In this document: positions 9,745-20,084 of the stretch, piece after piece
Layout of the letters: each line of letters opens with the position of its first letter
Numbering within the stretch: the first letter of the stretch is position 1
Source of the DNA: an uncultured Chloroflexia bacterium
GTDB lineage: Bacteria; Chloroflexota; Anaerolineae; Anaerolineales; DRKV01
Direction of reading: 5' to 3'
Length of the DNA: 64,000 nucleotides
NCBI GenBank assembly: GCA_963824065.1
Contig: CAWGNX010000002.1
Location: forward strand, 1,153,836 to 1,217,835
The notes under the pieces: generated by a model
Seen by the model: the letters and a program-made list of their open reading frames with translations, nothing else
Databases searched by the model: none
What the model was told of the DNA's origin: nothing
Position numbers and translations under genes: made by a program

Positions 9745-9803
9745 ACCAATTCAATCCTTGTTCCACTCTCCTGGCTGGAAAAAATGTAATTGCTTCCCCT
9801 GGC

Positions 9804-10766
9804 TTAGTTACGGAATAAATTTGAAATAATGAACCAGACATTTGCAGGACGTTCTGCTAATCGGCGCATGAAATATGGGTACCACTGGGTGCCATAAGGC
9901 ACATATACCCGAACTAAGTAGCCATCTTTTATCAATTTTTCCTGGAGATCCCGCCGGATGCCGTACAACATCTGAAATTCATAGCGTGATTTCGATATTT
10001 GAATCTTCTCAGCATACTGTTTGGTAAATTCGATTCTTTGCACATCATGGGTCGCAATTGCGGGGATAGGAGGCAGCCTTCCGTCTGAACTTGCCTCCGG
10101 CGCATCGTCCCTTTTTGCGGTATCGAGCAGCATTTTAGTAATCCGATCGAAGCTTGCATCGACATCTTTTTTCGCAGGGTAGGCAACATCGGATGCCTCT
10201 TTATAAGCCCCTTTGCATAGCCGGATTTTTGTTCCAGTTTTTAATAATTCGTGAACATCTGCTTCGGATCTATAGAGATACGATTGAATAACCAATCCAA
10301 CATTTGAAAAACCGTGAACGCTTTGCATTCGATGGAAAATTCGCAAAGTCGCGTTCACGGTGCTCGAATCCTCCATATCAATCCGGACAAATATATTTTT
10401 TAGCTTTGCCTGACTAAGGATTGATATCAAATTGTCAGCGCAAAAGTCTTCTCCCAATGCAAGTCCGATTTGGGATAGTTTTATGGAAATTCCCGAACGA
10501 ATTTTTTGCTGATCAATTGAATTAATAATTTCCAATATCGCACGCGTTGCTCGCACTGCATCTGGTTTTTCAACTGTGTATTCACCGAGATGATCTAACG
10601 TTGCATTGATCCCCCCCGAGTTTAATTCTTTTACGACATTAATTGCATCTTCCAAATCTTCGCCGGCAACGAACCGCTTAGCCATCCTCCATGACAAACT
10701 CCAATTCGTTATCAAATTTCGGGCCCAATCGGCTTTTGATAAAAAAATAAATAATGAGCGGAGCAC
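9804..10766 (-). CDS. proline dehydrogenase family protein
   Basis: 320 aa, with ...ATLDHLGE...VRIDMEDS...IRLCKGAY...ATHD...QMLYGIR, matching monofunctional PutA-like proline dehydrogenases. Confidence 0.8.
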   Translation of the reverse strand: MLRSLFIFLSKADWARNLITNWSLSWRMAKRFVAGEDLEDAINVVKELNSGGINATLDHLGEYTVEKPDAVRATRAILEIINSIDQQKIRSGISIKLSQIGLALGEDFCADNLISILSQAKLKNIFVRIDMEDSSTVNATLRIFHRMQSVHGFSNVGLVIQSYLYRSEADVHELLKTGTKIRLCKGAYKEASDVAYPAKKDVDASFDRITKMLLDTAKRDDAPEASSDGRLPPIPAIATHDVQRIEFTKQYAEKIQISKSRYEFQMLYGIRRDLQEKLIKDGYLVRVYVPYGTQWYPYFMRRLAERPANVWFIISNLFRN

Positions 10767-10919
10767 TCTGCCTTCCTATGGCAAGTAAGCCGGAATGTAA
10801 CCGTTGCCTGATTAAAAATAAAACCGTTTGTTCATTTTAGCACGAAACCTGGTATGACTTTTTTCCTTCCTTTCCCTGCCAAGGTTCATATCTAAGTATA
10901 AATGAGTGAACCGGATAGT

Positions 10920-11913
10920 TAACCTGATGTGCAAGTTTTTCTAGCACCTTGACAATCGAAGAAGACCACCGTTACAAGTGTAGCTGCCAAGCAAACACAT
11001 GGAAACGGAGGTCTTCGCCGTGGATATTACCACCTATCTGATCAGCGTGTACTGCTTGATAGACGATTGGCTGCAAGGCAAACAACTGCGCCAGCGAGGT
11101 CCTAAGCCACGCCTTTCCGACAGCGAAGTGTTGACGATCGAAGTGGTTGGCGAGTTTCTGGGCATCGATACGGATCAAGGTTTGTACACCTTCTTTCGTC
11201 GATTTTTCGGCGATTGGTTTCCGGCCATGTGCCAGATAGATCGCACCACCTTTGTTCGTCAGGCGGCCAATTTGTGGGTCGTCAAGGAGCAGTTGTTTGC
11301 CTACCTGAGCCAGCAGGTTGCTCACAATCCGCTGATCTCGATTGTGGACAGCTTTCCGATGCAGGTGTGTCGCTTTGCCCGGGCCAATCGCTTCCACATC
11401 TTTGCCGGTCAGGCCGCCTTTGGCTACAGATGAAGTCGCCAGACAAACCTACTATGGGCTGCGGGCGCATGTGCGCATCTGTTGGCCGGGTGTGATCGTG
11501 GCCACGACGATCGCGCAGGCCAATATCCATGACATGCAAGCAGCCGAAGAGCTGCTGCACGGCGTGCAGGGCTGGGCGTTGGCCGATCGCAACTACTGGA
11601 AACCCGACTTGCACCTGGCTTTGCTTGAACAAGGTTTGGCGTTGATCACACCGTATCGTTCGGCCAAACGCCAGAAATTCCGCTATCCTCACTGGCTGGT
11701 GGAGAGACGGTATCGGATTGAAACCTTGTTTGGACAACTGGTCGATCGCTTTCATGCCAAGAAAATTTGGGCCAGGGATGCCTGGCATTTGACTTCTCGT
11801 TGGTTGCGAAAGTTGGTGAGCCATTTGATTGCGGTTTTGTTTTGCCAGAAGCTCGGTTTGTCGCCTTTGCGTTTTGCAGATTTACTCACCGTTTAAACAT
11901 GCACATCAGGTTA
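10920..11913 (+). mobile_element. second IS982-like insertion sequence (transposase frameshifted)
   Basis: 19-bp inverted repeats TAACCTGATGTGCA[A/T]GTTT lie at 10920-10938 and 11895-11913 (18/19 match). The sequence differs from the first element. Confidence 0.75.
10999..11896 (+). pseudogene. IS982-like transposase, one extra base near 11428
   Basis: ORF 10999-11433 (...IVDSFPMQVCRFARA...AAFGY) continues in the shifted frame of ORF 11342-11896 (DEVARQTYYGLRAHVRI...LADRNYW...RIETLFGQL). Length is 898 nt = 3n+1. Confidence 0.75.
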
Positions 11914-12468
11914 GTTAATCTGCTTATTCCAAATAAACCGAATTTACTTCTTATGAATTTTCCTCTTTGATGTCGGTTAAACAAATATATTTGTTGCAAA
12001 ATGGTTTTTCAAACCATCTGAAGATCACTTTGAATACGCTATGCAAAGTTCATAATGAATTATCAATTTTGTGATTTGTCAAATCAATTCCTGATAATTT
12101 GGTCAGGATATTCTCGTTCAAGATATGATAAACTTTTTAGGCATAAAATTCTTCGAAATCGAGATTTCCCAAATATTTATGATCAGCAGAATTTGCTGAG
12201 TTGGGTTTTCGATTGTGATAATCACAGAGGCTATCAACGAGATATAATCGCCGCGAGGCTACCCCCAGTATTCAAGATTGATTTACACATATTTTTCAGT
12301 GGACTTCTCTTTGTTTGCATTGCATAATGAAATTTATCACGCTTTGTGTGATTGGCAATTACTAGATTGTGATAATACAACCTATTTTCCCTTACTTCAT
12401 TTTTATCAAATCAATACGTCACGGAGCGATCCCCCGTCTCCTCTTACGACTTCCAGGTAGCTAGAACT

Positions 12469-13899
12469 ATGGCTTCCCTTGCTTTTTGCATACACGGCCA
12501 TTTTTACCAACCTCCGCGGGAAGATCCTCTAACAGGTGTCATTCCACTTGAACCCGGTGCTTCGCCTTATGCAAATTGGAATGAACGCATTCTTGCAGAG
12601 TGTTATCGCCCGAACGCAGATCTCCAGAATTTGGAAAGAATTAGTTTTAATTTCGGACCAACGCTGTTGAGCTGGCTGGCAAGTTACGATCCAGAAACTA
12701 TGCAAAAAATAATTTCTCAGGATCATACGAATGTTGTTACTCATGGCATTGGCAATGCCATGGCACAGCCATACAATCATACGATCTTACCGCTCTCAAG
12801 CCAAAGAGATAAGATTACACAGGTTTATTGGGGAATTGCGGATTTTCAATCCAGGTTTGGCAGAATGCCTCGGGGAATGTGGTTGCCGGAGGCCGCAGTA
12901 GATACCGAAACACTCATGGTTCTAGCTGAATTTGGAATTGAATACACCATCCTTGCGCCCTGGCAGGCAAACGTTAAAGAAATTGATCCAACCGAACCCT
13001 ATTGGATCTCGTTACCTGGGCATAAAAGAATTGCAGTATTCTTTTATCAAGGTGATTTAAGCGGCAAAATTAGTTTCGATGCAGGCATGAGTGTCGACGC
13101 AGATTATTTCGCCACAAATGAGCTTGTCGGCCGGTATAATCCCGAAAAAATTAAAAAAGGCGATCCTCAGATGCTGATGGTAGCAACCGATGGTGAACTA
13201 TACGGCCATCACAAGCCATTTCGGGATCGCTTCTTACAGCATCTAACGAATGGCGCGGTACATTCACATGGTATCGAGGTTACTTTTCCGGCATTGTGGT
13301 TGCGAGAGCACCCTCCAAGGAAAACAATTCCAATCAATTACAACACTTCCTGGTCTTGCTATCATGGGATCAACCGATGGTCGACAGGTTGTACCTGTAC
13401 ACCTGGAAATAGTTCCTGGAAACTCCATCTCAGAAACGCTTTCAACCAAATTGCAATCGCTGTGGATGAAGTCTATTACGATTATGTGCGCCGATATATT
13501 CATGAACCCTGGGAGCTGCGCAATCATTATATTGATGTCATTCTCAACCGAAAGACAGCCTCTGAATTAATTACAGAATTATCATCTGTACCTATGACAA
13601 GCAATAAATTGGAGACTGTCCACTGGCTCCTAGAAGCACAGTTCGAAAGACAACGTATGTTCACTTCTTGTGGTTGGTTCTTCGAAGACCTGAGCCGGAT
13701 CGAACCAAAAAACAATATTGCTTACGCTGCGCAGGCTATCTGGATGGTCTACCAAGCAACCGGTATTGATTTATCATCCCAGGCGGTGAACTGGTTGAGG
13801 TCATGCGTCAGCCAGGATGGTAGTATGCGAGCCGACCAAATCTTCTTGCGACACCTTGTTCGTGCTCAGACCAGTCATCGATTAATGCCTGCCCGTTAA
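12469..13899 (+). CDS. glycoside hydrolase family 57 protein with a DUF3536-like C-terminal region
   Basis: The N-terminus FCIHGHFYQPPREDP and ...MWLPEAAVD...ATDGELYGHH are GH57 catalytic-region motifs. The C-terminal FTSCGWFFEDLSRIEP resembles the domain that often follows GH57. Confidence 0.75.
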   Translation: MASLAFCIHGHFYQPPREDPLTGVIPLEPGASPYANWNERILAECYRPNADLQNLERISFNFGPTLLSWLASYDPETMQKIISQDHTNVVTHGIGNAMAQPYNHTILPLSSQRDKITQVYWGIADFQSRFGRMPRGMWLPEAAVDTETLMVLAEFGIEYTILAPWQANVKEIDPTEPYWISLPGHKRIAVFFYQGDLSGKISFDAGMSVDADYFATNELVGRYNPEKIKKGDPQMLMVATDGELYGHHKPFRDRFLQHLTNGAVHSHGIEVTFPALWLREHPPRKTIPINYNTSWSCYHGINRWSTGCTCTPGNSSWKLHLRNAFNQIAIAVDEVYYDYVRRYIHEPWELRNHYIDVILNRKTASELITELSSVPMTSNKLETVHWLLEAQFERQRMFTSCGWFFEDLSRIEPKNNIAYAAQAIWMVYQATGIDLSSQAVNWLRSCVSQDGSMRADQIFLRHLVRAQTSHRLMPAR

Positions 13900-13927
13900 A
13901 CGCAGGGGTGGATATTGAGGTCCTTAG

Positions 13928-14884
13928 ATGCGGTTAATTTCAGAGATAGATGTCAGAAATCTGATCACAATTGATGATGCACTTATGGCTGTGGAGGCCA
14001 GTTTCTTAGAACAGTCCCAAGGAACAGGTATAAATATGCCGCGGCAGCGGACCCGGAATGCTGCTGGTGTGCTGCATTTAATGGGGGCAGCATTAACCCA
14101 AAGAGGCTATTGGGGATACAAATCTTATACAACTACCAAGGACGGCGCTCGCTTCAGTATTAATTTATACAGCCTCGAGGATGGACAACTACTTGCAATT
14201 ATTGAAGCAAATTGGCTTGGACAAATGAGAACTGGCGCGGCAAGTGGTATCGCAACTAAGTATTTAGCACGCCGGGACTCAAAGGTTATGGCACTTTTTG
14301 GATCAGGCTACCAGGCAGCCAGTCAAATTTTCGCAATCAATGCCGCATTTCCACTTCAAGATATCAAAGTATTCAGCCGTAGCCAAGCCAAACGAGAAGA
14401 ATTTGCCCACTCCTTGGGCAAACAGGTCACTGCCAGAGTGAATGCTGTAAACTCCCCTGAAAAGGCTCTGGAGCATGCTGATATCATCACAACGATTACA
14501 TCCTCCAAGGACCCGGTTTTTCCAGGAGCTATTTTGCCGCCAGGAGTTCACATAAATGCAGCTGGATCAAATTCTGTGATTAGGATAGAGCTTGACTCTA
14601 CAGCCATTGAAAAAATAAACTTGTTCTTCACTGACGATCTCGAACAAACCAGAATAGAAAGTGGAAATTTAATCCACGCCTATGAACAGAACAAATTTAA
14701 TTGGTCCCAGCTCAAATTATTTTCGGAGGTCGTATCGTCACACCATCCGGGGCGACAACGGGATGATGAAATCACATTATTCGAATCCCACGGGATCGCG
14801 TTATGGGATATTGCCGTGGCAGCCGAAGTCTATGAACGGGCAATCAGGGTTGGTTCAGGTATGGATATCCCGTTTCTAAATTAA
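13928..14884 (+). CDS. ornithine cyclodeaminase / mu-crystallin family protein
   Basis: 318 aa. It has a Rossmann GSGYQA motif and overall OCD/mu-crystallin family resemblance. Confidence 0.7.
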   Translation: MRLISEIDVRNLITIDDALMAVEASFLEQSQGTGINMPRQRTRNAAGVLHLMGAALTQRGYWGYKSYTTTKDGARFSINLYSLEDGQLLAIIEANWLGQMRTGAASGIATKYLARRDSKVMALFGSGYQAASQIFAINAAFPLQDIKVFSRSQAKREEFAHSLGKQVTARVNAVNSPEKALEHADIITTITSSKDPVFPGAILPPGVHINAAGSNSVIRIELDSTAIEKINLFFTDDLEQTRIESGNLIHAYEQNKFNWSQLKLFSEVVSSHHPGRQRDDEITLFESHGIALWDIAVAAEVYERAIRVGSGMDIPFLN

Positions 14885-14929
14885 AAAAGAGCAGTATATA
14901 CTTAAAATTGGTGTTTAATTTTTTTAGGA

Positions 14930-17900
14930 TCACTCACCGTTTCCTGATAGTAATTTCTTCACCTGATATCCTGACCTGGCTTCCGCTTTCTGAATAGCCA
15001 CTGCATCTCGCCAGACTTGCTGGCAAATCTGATATGGCTGTTCCATTTGATATCCAGTTTCTGGGATACTCGAAAGGTATGCAGTAGCTACGAATCCCCA
15101 AATTAACAGGTCGAAAGCATCTTTATTAAACCACAAGGCATCCTGATATACATTCACCGCGAGGAAATTGCGTACATCATCATCGGCAAACAGGTCTTTT
15201 AATAAATCAGCAACCCTGATTTTCTGTGATTTTCTGTTTGAATACCAATCCTGATACTTTATTAGCAGGCTCAAGAGAACAGTCCCTCGCCAAGTCTCGT
15301 TATCGTTCAAACCTAAATCTCTGAAAGCCTTCCGGATCAATTTTTTCAACAGCCATTCATCCAACCAATTGAATGTAATTATGGCGGCTTCGGTTGTCGT
15401 GTGCAATGAACCAGCCGGATAAACTTTTCCTAATTGGCGGGTAAAACTCCAAGTAAGAAGAACCCCCCAGGAAAGATTATCATTTTTTTCTATCCCCTGC
15501 CGAATATATTTCAATGCCTTATTTACAGATGCAGGTGCGTCCAGCGGAGATGCAGCATCCTTGCCATAGTAGCAAAGCGCGTTATTGATTTCAGCAGAGA
15601 TCGACTTGACAATCAAATTAACATCGCCATCACCAGATGTAAAAAGCTTAACTGCTTGGTATAAATCAAAAAGCTTCTCATCTACCTCAGCTAATACCTG
15701 TCCACGCTGCGATTCACCATCAGTCTCATCGTGATCGTCTTGTGCATTTTCAATAATCCACTTGAATTGACCCACATTTACGAGCTCTCGGTATGGATTA
15801 TGTACTTCTTGTAAGAATAATTCACGTAAAGCCTCATCAATATTCGGAGTACCTTTTCCACTTAATAAATTTGCCAGGGTGGCGTAATGGTGCCATTCGT
15901 TATCCATTACTTCGCGAATATCAAGGAAAACCCGATAGTCATAGGCACCTAGTTCGAGGTAGAGCCCACGATCAGCAAGATCCAGGCTATTTTGAAGGTA
16001 TTCCAATTTCGTTCGCTGATCTCGGAGAATAATAAATTTATTGGCTTGAGGGATAATATCCAAACCTTCAACCAGTGTCTTTTGGATCAGATTTTTTTCA
16101 TCTCCTGCTCCTGTTTTTTCAGCATAAGCAACTGAAGTATTAATCCAGCCGCGCGTATCAGATAAACGATTATGGTACACAATCAGACTGCGCTGGCCGA
16201 ATGCGTGATTGGAATAAGCAAAAACGTCCTCATTAACATTTCCATCTGCCATATAGAAGTCGTACAAATAAAAACTTTGAACTTCGGCAAATTGGTATCG
16301 ACGATGTAACAACGGCGAAATTTCAGAATTATGGCGGTTGACCAAATCCGTGTCAACCTGCTCATCCCAGTATGCCTTCCGATATTCCATTCCATATTTT
16401 TCAGTCAGCCCCTCAACTTGACCATGGCCAAACATTGGCAGACCTGGCATCGTAGACATTAAAGTTGCTACTCCGAAGTATTTATCTCCTTTCCCGAATT
16501 GTTCTGCTGCTGTTTTTTCATCCGGGTTATTCATAAAATTAACGTATCGTTTCAGAATTTCGGGATCAAACTCGAGAGTATTCTTAATAACTAATCGGTA
16601 TTCGGCATTTTTTTCATCGCGTAGCATATTCATAAAAGCAGAGTTATAAACGCGATGCATCCCCAGTGTGCGGACAAAATATCCTTCCATCAGCCAAAAT
16701 GCTTCCGCCAACAATAACGTATCAGGCACCTCAGCCGCAACTCGATCAACCACTTCCCGCCAGAATTCTTCGGGCATTGCTGTATTGAATTGGTCCTTTG
16801 TCAATCCGTATTCTGCACGGGTCGGGATATCTCCACCTGAACCGGGTTCAGGGAACCATAAACGCTGATAATGTTTTTTTGCAAGGGTCATCGCCGCGTC
16901 GAATCGAATTACAGAAAATTTTCTCGCAACATGCAGGATTGTCTGAATTACCGCTTCGCGAACTTCTGGCAGGAGATAATTTAATTGAGCCGTATCATTC
17001 CACGGCATGGAAGTACCATCATTCCCATGGTAGATAAATTGCTCGTTACCCGTCCAGCGATCTATACGTTTGAAGACGACCGCCGCATCATTGCGGCTGT
17101 AGTAATGATCCTCGATGAAAATTCCAACCCGGTTATCTTCAGATAAATCCGGGCCGTTGAATGAATAACTTGGAAACGGGCTGTAATTCAACGAGATAAA
17201 CCAATTCGGGTGCTCGACAACCCACTTAGAATAAATGCCGACATGATTGGGAACCATGTCTGCAGCGAGACGGATTTTTCTTGTCCAGGCGCGCTGGCGC
17301 AGAGAATCATAGGCCTCATCGCCACCTAAATCATTGGCAATCTGATAATCATAGAGGGAATACGCAGAAGCAACAGCTTCTGGATTACCACACAATTGTT
17401 TAATCCTTTGGGACGCAGTACTCCGTTCCCACAAGCCGATTAGCCACAAACCGGTAAAACCGAGACTTGCCAAGCGGTCCAGCTCTTCATCAGGAATTTG
17501 ATCAAGACGGTAAATTGACCGCTGGTACTTTTTTGATAATTGGTCCAACCAAACATACGTATTTTTCGCAATCAGGACCAAACTGGGCATCCAATCTCGA
17601 TCCGGGCTAAACTGTTCAGGCTCATAAAGTTGGGCAGCAAAATCATAAACCGGAGCAGTAGCCTCACCACCACCTCCACCTGTCCCAAACACAATTTTTG
17701 ATTCTTCCCGTATGAAATCCAATGAGCCCAAAATCCGGAGGAAAAATTTTGAACCAATCACTGTCCGCCAGCGCTGCATTAAATATTCTAACTGTCCAGC
17801 AATAGAATTTGGGCTGCGCCTGGCTGGTTCCTGAAGGGCTTCAAATAGGGATTGTCCATCAAGCGTTGGCTGTTCATCAAAAAACTCGCTCAAAAGGGGA

Positions 17901-18460
17901 AATACTCGCGAATAAACTGTTGAATCTGCCAAAATTCGATCATCAAATAATTCCATATACCCCATTAAGGCAGGGTTTTGATTTGCCAGCCATAAAAAGA
18001 CTAGTTCTTCTAATGCGACAAGTCGATGTTGGTAGCCATTTGTAGACGCGGATAGGTATTCAAACTCAGAAATTTCATCCCGGTATACGCTTGCCGGCGG
18101 GAATTGGATGGTGAAGTTCATTAATAACCTATCAACTTCTTCCGCACCGAGTGCTTCCTCCAGGAATTCCAAGCCCTCACGAATTGCGCCTGGACTAATT
18201 TCCTGTCGGTAGTATTCCATCAATGCATGTAAGATTTCGTCGATCAACCCCATGGCATATATTTCGCTTGCCCGGACAGCCTGGTTTGGGTACTTGATCA
18301 AATCGCGGCGATTATTTATTTTTTGGGCGAAATCACGTGCAGCGCGGAAATTTGCAAAGATCACATTCCCATCAAAGGCAAACAGCATTTCATCAAATTG
18401 ATAGAAATCACGGGCATTTTTTGAAATATGAAATTCAAATACCTGTCTGATTATTGACAT
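14930..18460 (-). CDS. large (1176 aa) alpha-amylase-superfamily (GH13-like) protein
   Basis: The central region carries GH13-like conserved regions: LAADMVPNHVG (I), VIRFDAAMTLAKKH (II), LLLAEAFW (III) and FMNNPDE (IV). Extensions of about 300 aa (N-terminal) and about 450 aa (C-terminal) were not recognised. Confidence 0.7.
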   Translation of the reverse strand: MSIIRQVFEFHISKNARDFYQFDEMLFAFDGNVIFANFRAARDFAQKINNRRDLIKYPNQAVRASEIYAMGLIDEILHALMEYYRQEISPGAIREGLEFLEEALGAEEVDRLLMNFTIQFPPASVYRDEISEFEYLSASTNGYQHRLVALEELVFLWLANQNPALMGYMELFDDRILADSTVYSRVFPLLSEFFDEQPTLDGQSLFEALQEPARRSPNSIAGQLEYLMQRWRTVIGSKFFLRILGSLDFIREESKIVFGTGGGGGEATAPVYDFAAQLYEPEQFSPDRDWMPSLVLIAKNTYVWLDQLSKKYQRSIYRLDQIPDEELDRLASLGFTGLWLIGLWERSTASQRIKQLCGNPEAVASAYSLYDYQIANDLGGDEAYDSLRQRAWTRKIRLAADMVPNHVGIYSKWVVEHPNWFISLNYSPFPSYSFNGPDLSEDNRVGIFIEDHYYSRNDAAVVFKRIDRWTGNEQFIYHGNDGTSMPWNDTAQLNYLLPEVREAVIQTILHVARKFSVIRFDAAMTLAKKHYQRLWFPEPGSGGDIPTRAEYGLTKDQFNTAMPEEFWREVVDRVAAEVPDTLLLAEAFWLMEGYFVRTLGMHRVYNSAFMNMLRDEKNAEYRLVIKNTLEFDPEILKRYVNFMNNPDEKTAAEQFGKGDKYFGVATLMSTMPGLPMFGHGQVEGLTEKYGMEYRKAYWDEQVDTDLVNRHNSEISPLLHRRYQFAEVQSFYLYDFYMADGNVNEDVFAYSNHAFGQRSLIVYHNRLSDTRGWINTSVAYAEKTGAGDEKNLIQKTLVEGLDIIPQANKFIILRDQRTKLEYLQNSLDLADRGLYLELGAYDYRVFLDIREVMDNEWHHYATLANLLSGKGTPNIDEALRELFLQEVHNPYRELVNVGQFKWIIENAQDDHDETDGESQRGQVLAEVDEKLFDLYQAVKLFTSGDGDVNLIVKSISAEINNALCYYGKDAASPLDAPASVNKALKYIRQGIEKNDNLSWGVLLTWSFTRQLGKVYPAGSLHTTTEAAIITFNWLDEWLLKKLIRKAFRDLGLNDNETWRGTVLLSLLIKYQDWYSNRKSQKIRVADLLKDLFADDDVRNFLAVNVYQDALWFNKDAFDLLIWGFVATAYLSSIPETGYQMEQPYQICQQVWRDAVAIQKAEARSGYQVKKLLSGNGE

Positions 18461-18664
18461 AAAATATCTCCGTATCTGCCATTAATGGGTAGGATGGATG
18501 GATAAATTATAAACGACAACATCCAGGTAAATTGTCGTAAAGTAATTTGGATAAATGTTAATAGTAATTTCCTTCTCGGTTAATTTATTCCAATTAACTT
18601 TGATCGATTCGATTTGCATTATCGAGAGGAAAGCCCTATCGTAGCAACATTACCTAAATTCTCC

Positions 18665-18693
18665 TTGACAGTGCTGGGTCCATTTGCTATAAA
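18665..18693 (+). promoter_or_regulatory. sigma-70-type promoter of the T-box leader
   Basis: TTGACA (18665-18670), a 17-nt spacer, then TATAAA (18688-18693). Confidence 0.6.
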
Positions 18694-18699
18694 TCGAGC

Positions 18700-19010
18700 T
18701 ACAATCCATATCACGAACATGCTGTGAAGAGGACTAGTAGGTTCAGACTTACTTGACAGAGAGCCGGGACAGCTGGAATCCGGTACGGAAGCCTGGATTG
18801 AATGGACCTTGGAGCTGCCGGGTGAACATCAAAGTTATGCAAGCCTGTGCCGGGTGAATCGCCGTTATCAGATTACTGTTGATCTATTGATATAAAGTAT
18901 ACCAATACGATCAACGGGCAGAGCGAGATTGTAGTTATTTGCTGCAATCTAACCAGGGTGGTACCGCGAGAACCGCTTCTCGTCCCTGCAAGAGAAGCGG
19001 TTCTTTATTA
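18700..19010 (+). promoter_or_regulatory. T-box riboswitch leader, Trp (UGG) specifier
   Basis: Stem-I elements are present: an AGUA motif, an AGAGAG bulge and a GAA-UGG-A specifier context (UGG at 18803-18805). The conserved T-box AACCAGGGUGGUACCGCG is at about 18951-18968. It is followed by the terminator GAACCGCUUCUC...GAGAAGCGGUUC (18970-19003) plus UUUAUUAUU. Confidence 0.85.
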
Positions 19011-19040
19011 TTCTCGTCAATAATTTGGAAGGCAGATCAG

Positions 19041-20048
19041 ATGAAAAATCAAATCTCATTATCAGGTATAAAACCCAGTGGAACCCCGCATTTAGGAAAT
19101 TATCTGGGTATGATCAAACCTGCGCTTGAAATGGTTCAACGATACCAGGCGATCTACTTTATCGCAGATTATCATGCATTAACAACAGTAAGAGAAGGGA
19201 AGGAACTAAAACACCGAAGCTACGAAATCGCAGCAACATTATTAGCTTTAGGCCTTAACCCAGAGGAGGTCGTTTTCTTTCGACAGTCTGATGTTCCTGA
19301 ATTATTTGAGCTTACCTGGATATTAAATTGTTTTACCGCTAAAGGACTGCTTAATCGAGCACATGCATACAAAGCGGCAGTCGATCAAAATATCGAAAAT
19401 GGGAAGGACCCTGATGCAGGTATTAATGCAGGGTTGTATACCTACCCGACACTGATGGCGGCTGACATCCTTTTATATGGCAGTCATGTCGTTCCAGTTG
19501 GGCAAGATCAGCGCCAACATGTAGAGATAACCAGGGATATTGCCTTAGCCTTTAATAACAATTACGGAGAGGTATTCGTGATTCCAGAGGCTGTTATTCA
19601 GGAAGAAGTTGCGACAATACCAGGTATCGATGGTAGGAAAATGAGCAAGAGCTACGATAATATCATCCCAATTTTTGCACCACCGAAGCAACTTCGTAAA
19701 GCTGTGATGCGTATTGTGACCGATTCCAGGCGACCTGAGGAACCAAAAGTTCCTGATCAGGATAATGTCTATAATATCTTCAGGTATTTTGCCCCATCAG
19801 AGCAAGTTGATGAGGTGCGGCAACGGTATATTTCCGGTGGAATGGCTTATAGTGAAATCAAGCAAACTTTGTTTGAAAGATTGGATGATGAATTTTCAAG
19901 TGCTCGAGAAATCTATAATGAGTTAATATCAGATCAAACTCGCCTCGAATCAATCTTACTCGATGGAGCGATAAAAGCACGCCACATCGGGAATAAGATC
20001 ATGCAAAAAGCTCGGAAAGCGGTTGGCGTGCGTTCCGAACGACCGTGA
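19041..20048 (+). CDS. trpS: tryptophan--tRNA ligase
   Basis: MKNQISLSGIKPSGTPHLGNYLG...KMSKS are class-I HIGH/KMSKS motifs of the TrpS type. A GGAAGG Shine-Dalgarno precedes the ATG at 19041. The ORF-track extension to 18939 overlaps the T-box terminator. Confidence 0.9.
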   Translation: MKNQISLSGIKPSGTPHLGNYLGMIKPALEMVQRYQAIYFIADYHALTTVREGKELKHRSYEIAATLLALGLNPEEVVFFRQSDVPELFELTWILNCFTAKGLLNRAHAYKAAVDQNIENGKDPDAGINAGLYTYPTLMAADILLYGSHVVPVGQDQRQHVEITRDIALAFNNNYGEVFVIPEAVIQEEVATIPGIDGRKMSKSYDNIIPIFAPPKQLRKAVMRIVTDSRRPEEPKVPDQDNVYNIFRYFAPSEQVDEVRQRYISGGMAYSEIKQTLFERLDDEFSSAREIYNELISDQTRLESILLDGAIKARHIGNKIMQKARKAVGVRSERP

Positions 20049-20084
20049 TATCAAAACCTTATCAATTGACGTGGAGAAATGCTT

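Noticed and set aside
18939-19040. Upstream extension of the trpS ORF (MLQSNQGGTARTASRPCKRSG...)
   Set aside because: It is translated from the T-box conserved sequence and its terminator. The TrpS-like sequence and its Shine-Dalgarno start at 19041.
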